Notes under the pieces: generated by a model
Databases searched by the model: none
Told to the model about the DNA's origin: nothing
Seen by the model: only the letters and a program-made list of their open reading frames with translations
In this document: piece by piece, positions 38,801 to 52,169 of the stretch
Layout of the letters: every line of letters starts with the position of its first letter
How positions within the stretch are numbered: the stretch's first letter is position 1
Translations under genes and position numbers: made by a program
DNA from: Auanema rhodensis
Taxonomy: Eukaryota > Animalia > Nematoda
Reading direction: 5' to 3'
DNA length: 64,000 nucleotides
Assembly (NCBI GenBank): GCA_964057225.1
Contig: OZ059895.1
Coordinates: forward strand, 21,576,001-21,640,000

Positions 38801-40450
38801 CAACATACACTAATGCATCATTTTTCAAACGATCATAACTAATTTTTCTATAAAGCGTTTCTCAATGTAGTATAGTGCATTCGATGCGGATTTTTAAGCT
38901 GCGTCGATCTGTGTTATCAGATTTGCGCTAGCTTAAAAATGCACCGAGATATCAACTGATATAAGTTCACACTTATATCCTCGATTTTCACCCTGAAGAA
39001 TTAATTTTTTCGTTGAATAACAATGTCCATCGTCTTTGCCTTGAAAAAAGGAATCTAAAAACATCTACTTTTTGCTAAATTATATTGAAATTTTTCGAAA
39101 AAATTTTTGTCAAAATGTTTTTGGAAGCAATGTTGAGTGTACATGGAAACTCAACATACACTAATGCATCATTTTTCAAACGATCATAACTAATTTTTCT
39201 ATAAAGCGTTTCTCAATGTAGTATAGTGCATTCGATGCGGATTTTTAAGCTGCGTCGATCTGTGTTATCAGATTTGCGCTAGCTTAAAAATGCACCGAGA
39301 TATCAACTGATATAAGTTCACACTTATATCCTCGATTTTCACCCTGAAGAATTGATTTTTTCGTTGAATAACATTGTCCATCGTCTTTGCCTTGAAAAAA
39401 GGAATCTAAAAACATCTACTTTTGCTAGATTATTTTGAAATTTCTCGAAAAAATTTTTGTCAAAATGTTTTTGGAAGCAATGTTGAGTGTACATGGAAAC
39501 TCAACATACACTAATGCATCATTTTTCAAACGATCATAACTAATTTTTCTATAAAGCGTTTCTCAATGTAGTATAGTGCATTCGATGCGGATTTTTAAGC
39601 TGCGTCGATCTGTGTTATCAGATTTGCGCTAGCTTAAAAATGCACCGAGATATCAACTGATATAAGTTCACACTTATATCCTCGATTTTCACCCTGAAGA
39701 ATTAATTTTTTCGTTGAATAACATTGTCCATCGTCTTTGCCTTGAAAAAAGGAATCTAAGAACATCTACTTTTTGCTAAATTATATTGAAAATTTCTCGA
39801 AAAAATTTTTGTCAAAATGTTTTTGGAAGCAATGTTGAGTGTACATGGAAACTCAACATACACTAATGCATAATTTTTCAAACGATCATAACTAATTTTT
39901 CTATAAAGCGTTTCTCAATGTAGTATAGTGCATTCGATGCGGATTTTTAAGCTGCGTCGATCTGTGTTCTCAGATTTGCGCTAGCGTAAAAATGCACCGA
40001 GATATCAACTGATATAAGTTCACACTTATATCCTCGATTTTCACCCTGAAGAATTGATTTTTTCGTTGAATAACATTGTCCATCGTCTTTGCCTTGAAAA
40101 AAGGAATCTAAAAACATCTACTTTTGCTAGATTATTTTGAAATTTCTCGAAAAAATTTTTGTCAAAATGTTTTTGGAAGCAATGTTGAGTGTACATGGAA
40201 ACTCAACATACACTAATGCATAATTTTTCAAACGATCATAACTAATTTTTCTATAAAGCGTTTCTCAATGTAGTATAGTGCATTCGATGCGGATTTTTAA
40301 GCTGCGTCGATCTGTGTTATCAGATTTGCGCTAGCTTAAAAATGCACCGAGATATCAACTGATATAAGTTCACACTTATATCCTCGATTTTCACCCTGAA
40401 GAATTAATTTTTTCGTTGAATAACATTGTCCATCGTCTTTGCCTTAAAAA
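35850..40450 (-). repeat. Higher-order repeat: 7-monomer (2457 bp) duplication
   Basis: Markers at offset 2457: tagcgt 36125/38582 and 37529/39986, ctaagaac 37303/39760 and ORF-type monomers 37934/40391. Confidence 0.78.
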
Positions 40451-43400
40451 AAGGAATCTAAAAACATCTACTTTTTGATAAATTATTTTAAAATTTTTCG
40501 AAAAAATTTTTGTCAAAATGTTTTTGGAAGCAATGTTAAGTGTACATGGAAACTCAACATACACTAATGCATAATTTTTCAAACGATCATAACTAATTTT
40601 TGTATTAAGCGTTTCTCAATGTAGTATAGTGCATTCGATGCGGATTTTTAGGCTGCGTCGATCTGTGTTATCAGATTTGCGCTAGCTTAAAAATGCACCG
40701 AGATATCAACTGATATAAGTTCACACTTATATCCTCGATTTTCAACCTGAAGAATTAATTTTTTCGTTGAATAACATTGTCCATCGTCTTTGCCTTGAAA
40801 AAAGGAATCTAAAAACATCTACTTTTTGCTAAATTATATTGAAATTTTTCGAAAAAATTTTTGTCAAAATGTTTTTGGAAGCAATGTTGAGTGTACATGG
40901 AAACTCAACATACACTAATGCATCATTTTTCAAACGATCATAACTAATTTTTCTATAAAGCGTTTCTCAATGTAGTATAGTACATTCGATGCGGATTTTT
41001 AAGCTGCGTCGATCTGTGTTATCAGATTTGCGCTAGCTTAAAAATGCACCGAGATATCAACTGATATAAGTTCACACTTATATCCTCGATTTTCACCCTG
41101 AAGAATTGATTTTTTCGTTGAATAACATTGTCCATCGTCTTTGCCTTGAAAAAAGGAATCTAAAAACATCTACTTTTGCTAGATTATTTTGAAATTTCTC
41201 GAAAAAATTTTTGTCAAAATGTTTTTGGAAGCAATGTTGAGTGTACATGGAAACTCAACATACACTAATGCATCATTTTTCAAACGATCATAACTGATTT
41301 TTGTATTAAGCGTTTCTCAGTGTAGTATAGTGCATTCGATGCGGATTTTTAAGCTGCGTCGATCTGTGTTATCAGATTTGCGCTAGCTTAAAAATGCACC
41401 GAGATATCAACTGATATAAGTTCACACTTATATCCTCGATTTTCACCCTGAAGAATTGATTTTTTCGTTGAATAACATTGTCCATCGTCTTTGCCTTGAA
41501 AAAAGGAATCTAAAAACATCTACTTTTGCTAGATTATTTTGAAATTTCTCGAAAAAATTTTTGTCAAAATGTTTTTGGAAGCAATGTTGAGTGTACATGG
41601 AAACTCAACATACACTAATGCATCATTTTTCAAACGATCATAACTAATTTTTCTATAAAGCGTTTCTCAATGTAGTATAGTGCATTCGATGCGGATTTTT
41701 AAGCTGCGTCGATCTGTGTTATCAGATTTGCGCTAGCTTAAAAATGCACCGAGATATCAACTGATATAAGTTCACACTTATATCCTCGATTTTCACCCTG
41801 AAGAATTGATTTTTTCGTTGAATAACATTGTCCATCGTCTTTGCCTTGAAAAAAGGAATCTAAAAACATCTACTTTTTGATAAATTATTTTAAAATTTTT
41901 CGAAAAAATTTTTGTCAAAATGTTTTTGGAAGCAATGTTGAGTGTACATGGAAACTCAACATACACTAATGCATCATTTTTCAAACGATCATAACTAATT
42001 TTTGTATTAAGCGTTTCTCAGTGTAGTATAGTGCATTCGATGCGGATTTTTAAGCTGCGTCGATCTGTGTTATCAGATTTGCGCTAGCTTAAAAATGCAC
42101 CGAGATATCAACTGATATAAGTTCACACTTATATCCTCGATTTTCACCCTGAAGAATTAATTTTTTCGTTGAATAACATTGTCCATCGTCTTTGCCTTAA
42201 AAAAAGGAATCTAAAAACATCTACTTTTTGATAAATTATTTTAAAATTTTTCGAAAAAATTTTTGTCAAAATGTTTTTGGAAGCAATGTTGAGTGTACAT
42301 GGAAACTCAACATACACTAATGCATCATTTTTCAAACGATCATAACTAATTTTTGTATTAAGCGTTTCTCAGTGTAGTATAGTGCATTCGATGCGGATTT
42401 TTAAGCTGCGTCGATCTGTGTTATCAGATTTGCGCTAGCTTAAAAATGCACCGAGATATCAACTGATATAAGTTCACACTTATATCCTCGATTTTCACCC
42501 TGAAGAATTAATTTTTTCGTTGAATAACATTGTCCATCGTCTTTGCCTTAAAAAAAGAAATCTAAAAACATCTACTTTTTGATAAATTATTTTAAAATTT
42601 TTCGAAAAAATTTTTGTCAAAATGTTTTTGGAAGCAATGTTGAGTGTACATGGAAACTCAACATACACTAATGCATCATTTTTCAAACGATCATAACTAA
42701 TTTTTGTATTAAGCGTTTCTCAATGTAGTATAGTGCATTCGATGCGGATTTTTAAGCTGCGTCGATCTGTGTTATCAGATTTGCGCTAGCTTAAAAATGC
42801 ACCGAGATATCAACTGATATAAGTTCACACTTATATCCTCGATTTTCAACCTGAAGAATTGATTTTTTCGTTGAATAACATTGTCCATCGTCTTTGCCTT
42901 GAAAAAAGGAATCTAAAAACATCTACTTTTGCTAGATTATTTTGAAATTTCTCGAAAAAATTTTTGTCAAAATGTTTTTGGAAGCAATGTTGAGTGTACA
43001 TGGAAACTCAACATACACTAATGCATCATTTTTCAAACGATCATAACTAATTTTTCTATAAAGCGTTTCTCAATGTAGTATAGTGCATTCGATGCGGATT
43101 TTTAAGCTGCGTCGATCTGTGTTATCAGATTTGCGCTAGCTTAAAAATGCACCGAGATATCAACTGATATAAGTTCACACTTATATCCTCGATTTTCACC
43201 CTGAAGAATTAATTTTTTCGTTGAATAACATTGTCCATCGTCTTTGCCTTGAAAAAAGGAATCTAAGAACATCTACTTTTTGCTAAATTATATTGAAAAT
43301 TTCTCGAAAAAGTTTTTGTCAAAATGTTTTTGGAAGCAATGTTGAGTGTACATGGAAACTCAACATACACTAATGCATAATTTTTCAAACGATCATAACT

Positions 43401-46400
43401 AATTTTTCTATAAAGCGTTTCTCAATGTAGTATAGTGCATTCGATGCGGATTTTTAAGCTGCGTCGATCTGTGTTCTCAGATTTGCGCTAGCGTAAAAAT
43501 GCACCGAGATATCAACTGATATAAGTTCACACTTATATCCTCGATTTTCACCCTGAAGAATTAATTTTTTCGTTGAATAACAATGTCCATCGTCTTTGCC
43601 TTGAAAAAAGGAATCTAAAAACATCTACTTTTTGCTAAATTATATTGAAATTTTTCGAAAAAATTTTTGTCAAAATGTTTTTGGAAGCAATGTTGAGTGT
43701 ACATGGAAACTCAACATACACTAATGCATCATTTTTCAAACGATCATAACTAATTTTTCTATAAAGCGTTTCTCAATGTAGTATAGTGCATTCGATGCGG
43801 ATTTTTAAGCTGCGTCGATCTGTGTTATCAGATTTGCGCTAGCTTAAAAATGCACCGAGATATCAACTGATATAAGTTCACACTTATATCCTCGATTTTC
43901 ACCCTGAAGAATTAATTTTTTCGTTGAATAACAATGTCCATCGTCTTTGCCTTAAAAAAAGGAATCTAAAAACATCTACTTTTTGATAAATTATTTTAAA
44001 ATTTTTCGAAAAAATTTTTGTCAAAATGTTTTTGGAAGCAATGTTGAGTGTACATGGAAACTCAACATACACTAATGCATAATTTTTCAAACGATCATAA
44101 CTAATTTTTGTATTGAGCGTTTCTCAGTGTAGTATAGTGTATTCGATGCGGATTTTTAAGCTGCGTCGATCTGTGTTATCAGATTTGCGCTAGCTTAAAA
44201 ATGCACCGAGATATCAACTGATATAAGTTCACACTTATATCCTCGATTTTCACCCTGAAGAATTGATTTTTTCGTTGAATAACATTGTCCATCGTCTTTG
44301 CCTTGAAAAAAGGAATCTAAAAACATCTACTTTTGCTAGATTATTTTGAAATTTCTCGAAAAAATTTTTGTCAAAATGTTTTTGGAAGCAATGTTGAGTG
44401 TACATGGAAACTCAACATACACTAATGCATCATTTTTCAAACGATCATAACTAATTTTTCTATAAAGCGTTTCTCAATGTAGTATAGTGCATTCGATGCG
44501 GATTTTTAAGCTGCGTCGATCTGTGTTCTCAGATTTGCGCTAGCTTAAAAATGCACCGAGATATCAACTGATATAAGTTCACACTTATATCCTCGATTTT
44601 CACCCTGAAGAATTAATTTTTTCGTTGAATAACATTGTCCATCGTCTTTGCCTTAAAAAAGGGAATCTAAAAACATCTACTTGTGCTAGATTATTTTGAA
44701 ATTTCTCGAAAAAATTTTTGTCAAAATGTTTTTGGAAGCAATGTTGAGTGTACATGGAAACTCAACATACACTAATGCATCATTTTTCAAACGATCATAA
44801 CTAATTTTTCTATAAAGCGTTTCTCAATGTAGTATAGTGCATTCGATGCGGATTTTTAAGCTGCGTCGATCTGTGTTATCAGATTTGCGCTAGCTTAAAA
44901 ATGCACCGAGATATCAACTGATATAAGTTCACACTTATATCCTCGATTTTCACCCTGAAGAATTGATTTTTTCGTTGAATAACATTGTCCATCGTCTTTG
45001 CCTTGAAAAAAGGAATCTAAAAACATCTACTTTTGCTAGATTATTTTGAAATTTCTCGAAAAAATTTTTGTCAAAATGTTTTTGGAAGCAATGTTGAGTG
45101 TACATGGAAACTCAACATACACTAATGCATCATTTTTCAAACGATCATAACTAATTTTTGTATTAAGCGTTTCTCAGTGTAGTATAGTGCATTCGATGCG
45201 GATTTTTAAGCTGCGTCGATCTGTGTTATCAGATTTGCGCTAGCTTAAAAATGCACCGAGATATCAACTGATATAAGTTCACACTTATATCCTCGATTTT
45301 CACCCTGAAGAATTGATTTTTTCGTTGAATAACATTGTCCATCGTCTTTGCCTTGAAAAAAGGAATCTAAAAACATATACTTTTGCTAGATTATTTTGAA
45401 ATTTCTCGAAAAAATTTTTGTCAAAATGTTTTTGGAAGCAATGTTGAGTGTACATGGAAACTCAACATACACTAATGCATCATTTTTCAAACGATCATAA
45501 CTAATTTTTCTATAAAGCGTTTCTCAATGTAGTATAGTGCATTCGATGCGGATTTTTAAGCTGCGTCGATCTGTGTTATCAGATTTGCGCTAGCTTAAAA
45601 ATGCACCGAGATATCAACTGATATAAGTTCACACTTATATCCTCGATTTTCACCCTGAAGAATTAATTTTTTCGTTGAATAACATTGTCCATCGTCTTTG
45701 CCTTAAAAAAAGGAATCTAAAAACATCTACTTTTTGATAAATTATTTTAAAATTTTTCGAAAAAATTTTTGTCAAAATGTTTTTGGAAGCAATGTTGAGT
45801 GTACATGGAAACTCAACATACACTAATGCATAATTTTTCAAACGATCATAACTAATTTGTGTATTAAGCGTTTCTCAGTGTAGTATAGTGCATTCGATGC
45901 GGATTTTTAAGCTGCGTCGATCTGTGTTATCAGATTTGCGCTAGCTTAAAAATGCACCGAGATATCAACTGATATAAGTTCACACTTATATCCTCGATTT
46001 TCACCCTGAAGAATTGATTTTTTCGTTGAATAACATTGTCCATCGTCTTTGCCTTGAAAAAAGGAATCTAAAAACATCTACTTTTGCTAGATTATTTTGA
46101 AATTTCTCGAAAAAATTTTTGTCAAAATGTTTTTGGAAGCAATGTTGAGTGTACATGGAAACTCAACATACACTAATGCATCATTTTTCAAACGATCATA
46201 ACTAATTTTTCTATAAAGCGTTTCTCAATGTAGTATAGTGCATTCGATGCGGATTTTTAAGCTGCGTCGATCTGTGTTATCAGATTTGCGCTAGCTTAAA
46301 AATGCACCGAGATATCAACTGATATAAGTTCACACTTATATCCTCGATTTTCACCCTGAAGAATTAATTTTTTCGTTGAATAACATTGTCCATCGTCTTT

Positions 46401-49400
46401 GCCTTAAAAAAAGGAATCTAAAAACATCTACTTTTTGATAAATTATTTTAAAATTTTTCGAAAAAATTTTTGTCAAAATGTTTTTGGAAGCAATGTTGAG
46501 TGTACATGGAAACTCAACATACACTAATGCATAATTTTTCAAACGATCATAACTAATTTGTGTATTAAGCGTTTCTCAGTGTAGTATAGTGCATTCGATG
46601 CGGATTTTTAAGCTGCGTCGATCTGTGTTATCAGATTTGCGCTAGCTTAAAAATGCACCGAGATATCAACTGATATAAGTTCACACTTATATCCTCGATT
46701 TTCACCCTGAAGAATTGATTTTTTCGTTGAATAACATTGTCCATCGTCTTTGCCTTGAAAAAAGGAATCTAAAAACATCTACTTTTGCTAGATTATTTTG
46801 AAATTTCTCGAAAAAATTTTTGTCAAAATGTTTTTGGAAGCAATGTTGAGTGTACATGGAAACTCAACATACACTAATGCATCATTTTTCAAACGATCAT
46901 AACTAATTTTTCTATAAAGCGTTTCTCAATGTAGTATAGTGCATTCGATGCGGATTTTTAAGCTGCGTCGATCTGTGTTATCAGATTTGCGCTAGCTTAA
47001 AAATGCACCGAGATATCAACTGATATAAGTTCACACTTATATCCTCGATTTTCACCCTGAAGAATTAATTTTTTCGTTGAATAACATTGTCCATCGTCTT
47101 TGCCTTAAAAAAAGGAATCTAAAAACATCTACTTTTTGATAAATTATTTTAAAATTTTTCGAAAAAATTTTTGTCAAAATGTTTTTGGAAGCAATGTTGA
47201 GTGTACATGGAAACTCAACATACACTAATGCATAATTTTTCAAACGATCATAACTAATTTTTGTATTAAGCGTTTCTCAATGTAGTATAATGCATTCGAT
47301 GCGGATTTTTAAGCTGCGTCGATCTGTGTTATCAGATTTGCGCTAGCTTAAAAATGCACCGAGATATCAACTGATATAAGTTCACACTTATATCCTCGAT
47401 TTTCACCCTGAAGAATTAATTTTTTCGTTGAATAACATTGTCCATCGTCTTTGCCTTAAAAAAAGGAATCTAAAAACATCTACTTTTTGATAAATTATTT
47501 TAAAATTTTTCGAAAAAATTTTTGTCAACATGTTTTTGGAAGCAATGTTGAGTGTACATGGAAACTCAACATACACTAATGCATAATTTTTCAAACGATC
47601 ATAACTAATTTTTGTATTAAGCGTTTCTCAATGTAGTATAGTGCATTCGATGCGGATTTTTAAGCTGCGTCGATCTGTGTTATCAGATTTGCGCTAGCTT
47701 AAAAATGCACCGAGATATCAACTGATATAAGTTCACACTTATATCCTCGATTTTCACCCTGAAGAATTAATTTTTTCGTTGAATAACAATGTCCATCGTC
47801 TTTGCCTTGAAAAACGGAATCTAAAAACATCTACTTTTTGCTAAATTATATTGAAATTTTTCGAAAAAATTTTTGTCAAAACGTTTTTGGAAGCAATGTT
47901 GAGTGTACATGGAAACTCAACATACACTAATGCATCATTTTTCAAACGATCATAACTAATTTTTCTATAAAGCGTTTCTCAATGTAGTATAGTGCATTCG
48001 ATGCGGATTTTTAAGCTGCGTCGATCTGTGTTATCAGATTTGCGCTAGCTTAAAAATGCACCGAGATATCAACTGATATAAGTTCACACTTATATCCTCG
48101 ATTTTCACCCTGAAGAATTGATTTTTTCGTTGAATAACATTGTCCATCGTCTTTGCCTTGAAAAAAGGAATCTAAAAACATCTACTTTTGCTAGATTATT
48201 TTGAAATTTCTCGAAAAAATTTTTGTCAAAATGTTTTTGGAAGCAATGTTGAGTGTACATGGAAACTCAACATACACTAATGCATCATTTTTCAAACGAT
48301 CATAACTAATTTTTCTATAAAGCGTTTCTCAATGTAGTATAGTGCATTCGATGCGGATTTTTAAGCTGCGTCGATCTGTGTTATCAGATTTGCGCTAGCT
48401 TAAAAATGCACCGAGATATCAACTGATATAAGTTCACACTTATATCCTCGATTTTCAACCTGAAGAATTAATTTTTTCGTTGAATAACATTGTCCATCGT
48501 CTTTGCCTTGAAAAAAGGAATCTAAACACATCTACTTTTTGCTAAATTATATTGAAAATTTTCGAAAAATATTTTGTCAAAATGTTTTTGGAAGCAATGT
48601 TGAGTGTACATGGAAACTCAACATACACTAATGCATCATTTTTCAAACGATCATAACTAATTTTTCTATAAAGCGTTTCTCAATGTAGTATAGTGCATTC
48701 GATGCGGATTTTTAAGCTGCGTCGATCTGTGTTATCAGATTTGCGCTAGCTTAAAAATGCACCGAGATATCAACTGATATAAGTTCACACTTATATCCTC
48801 GATTTTCACCCTGAAGAATTGATTTTTTCGTTGAATAACATTGTCCATCGTCTTTGCCTTAAAAAAAGGAATCTAAAAACATCTACTTTTGCTAGATTAT
48901 TTTGAAATTTCTCGAAAAAATTTTTGTCAAAATGTTTTTGGAAGCAATGTTGAGTGTACATGGAAACTCAACATACACTAATGCATCATTTTTCAAACGA
49001 TCATAACTAATTTTTCTATAAACCGTTTTTCAATGTAGTATAGTGCATTCGATGCGGATTTTTAAGCTGCGTCGATCTGTGTTATCAGATTTGCGCTAGC
49101 TTAAAAATGCACCGAGATATCAACTGATATAAGTTCACACTTATATCCTCGATTTTCAACCTGAAGAATTAATTTTTTCGTTGAATAACATTGTCCATCG
49201 TCTTTGCCTTGAAAAAAGGAATCTAAAAACATCTACTTTTTGCTAAATTATATTGAAATTTTTCGAAAAAATTTTTGTCAAAATGTTTTTGGAAGCAATG
49301 TTGAGTGTACATGGAAACTCAACATACACTAATGCATCATTTTTCAAACGATCATAACTAATTTTTCTATAAAGCGTTTCTCAATGTAGTATAGTGCATT

Positions 49401-52169
49401 CGATGCGGATTTTTAAGCTGCGTCGATCTGTGTTCTCAGATTTGCGCTAGCTTAAAAATGCACCGAGATATCAACTGATATAAGTTCACACTTATATCCT
49501 CGATTTTCACCCTGAAGAATTAATTTTTTCGTTGAATAACATTGTCCATCGTCTTTGCCTTAAAAAAAGGAATCTAAAAACATCTACTTGTGCTAGATTA
49601 TTTTGAAATTTCTCGAAAAAATTTTTGTCAAAATGTTTTTGGAAGCAATGTTGAGTGTACATGGAAACTCAACATACACTAATGCATAATTTTTCAAACG
49701 ATCATAACTAATTTTTGTATTAAGCGTTTCTCAGTGTAGTATAGTGCATTCGATGCGGATTTTTAAGCTGCGTCGATCTGTGTTATCAGATTTGCGCTAG
49801 CTTAAAAATGCACCGAGATATCAACTGATATAAGTTCACACTTTTATCCTCGATTTTCACCCTGAAGAATTGATTTTTTCGTTGAATAACATTGTCCATC
49901 GTCTTTGCCTTGGAAAAAGGAATCTAAAAACATCTACTTTTGCTAGATTATTTTGAAATTTCTCGAAAAAATTTTTGTCAAAATGTTTTTGGAAGCAATG
50001 TTGAGTGTACATGGAAACTCAACATACACTAATGCATCATTTTTCAAACGATCATAACTAATTTTTCTATAAAGCGTTTCTCAATGTAGTATAGTGCATT
50101 CGATGCGGATTTTTAAGCTGCGTCGATCTGTGTTATCAGATTTGCGCTAGCTTAAAAATGCACCGAGATATCAACTGATATAAGTTCACACTTATATCCT
50201 CGATTTTCACCCTGAAGAATTGATTTTTTCGTTGAATAACATTGTCCATCGTCTTTGCCTTGAAAAAAGGAATCTAAAAACATCTACTTTTGCTAGATTA
50301 TTTTGAAATTTCTCGAAAAAATTTTTGTCAAAATGTTTTTGGAAGCAATGTTGAGTGTACATGGAAACTCAACATACACTAATGCATCATTTTTCAAACG
50401 ATCATAACTAATTTTTCTATAAAGCGTTTCTCAATGTAGTATAGTGCATTCGATGCGGATTTTTAAGCTGCGACGATCTGTGTTATCAGATTTGCGCTAG
50501 CTTAAAAATGCACCGATATATCAACTGATATAAGTTCACACTTATATCCTCGATTTTCACCCTGAAGAATTAATTTTTTCGTTGAATAACATTGTCCATC
50601 GTCTTTGCCTTGAAAAAAGGAATCTAAAAACATCTACTTTTTGCTAAATTATATTGAAAATTTCTCGAAAAAAGTTTTGTCAAAATGTTTTTGGAAGCAA
50701 TGTTGAGTGTACATGGAAACTCAACATACACTAATGCATAATTTTTCAAACGATCATAACTAATTTTTCTATAAAGCGTTTCTCATTGTAGTATAGTGCA
50801 TTCGATGCGGATTTTTAAGCTGCGTCGATCTGTGTTCTCAGATTTGCGCTAGCGTAAAAATGCACCGAGATATCAACTGATATAAGTTCACTCTTATATC
50901 CTCGATTTTCACCCTGAAGAATTGATTTTTTCGTTGAATAACATTGTCCATCGTCTTTGCCTTGAAATAAGGAATCTAAAAACATCTACTTTTGCTAGAT
51001 TATTTTGAAATTTCTCGAAAAAATTTTTGTCAAAATGTTTTTGGAAGCAATGTTGAGTGTACATGGAAACTCAACATACACTAATGCATAATTTTTCAAA
51101 CGATCATAACTAATTTTTGTATTAAGCGTTTCTCAATGTAGTATAGTGCATTCGATGCGGATTTTTAAGCTGCGTCGATCTGTGTTATCAGATTTGCGCT
51201 AGCTTAAAAATGCACCGAGATATCAACTGATATAAGTTCACACTTATATCCTCGATTTTCACCCTGAAGAATTGATTTTTTCGTTGAATAACATTGTCCA
51301 TCGTCTTTGCCTTGAAATAAGGAATCTAAAAACATCTACTTTTGCTAGATTATTTTGAAATTTCTCGAAAAAATTTTTGTCAAAATGTTTTTGGAAGCAA
51401 TGTTGAGTGTACATGGAAACTCAACATACACTAATGCATAATTTTTCAAACGATCATAACTAATTTTTGTATTAAGCGTTTCTCAATGTAGTATAGTGCA
51501 TTCGATGCGGATTTTTAAGCTGCGTCGATCTGTGTTATCAGATTTGCGCTAGCTTAAAAATGCACCGAGATATCAACTGATATAAGTTCACACTTATATC
51601 CTCGATTTTCACCCTGAAGAATTAATTTTTTCGTTGAATAACATTGTCCATCGTCTTTGCCTTAAAAAAAGGAATCTAAAAACATCTACTTTTTGATAAA
51701 TTATTTTAAAATTTTTCGAAAAAATTTTTGTCAAAATGTTTTTGGAAGCAATGTTGAGTGTACATGGAAACTCAACATACACTAATGCATCATTTTTCAA
51801 ACGATCATAACTAATTTTTCTATAAAGCGTTTCTCAATGTAGTATAGTGCATTCGATGCGGATTTTTAAGCTGCGTCGATCTGTGTTCTCAGATTTGCGC
51901 TAGCTTAAAAATGCACCGAGATATCAACTGATATAAGTTCACACTTATATCCTCGATTTTCACCCTGAAGAATTAATTTTTTCGTTGAATAACATTGTCC
52001 ATCGTCTTTGCCTTAAAAAAAGGAATCTAAAAACATCTACTTGTGCTAGATTATTTTGAAATTTCTCGAAAAAATTTTTGTCAAAATGTTTTTGGAAGCA
52101 ATGTTGAGTGTACATGGAAACTCAACATACACTAATGCATCATTTTTCAAACGATCATAACTAATTTTT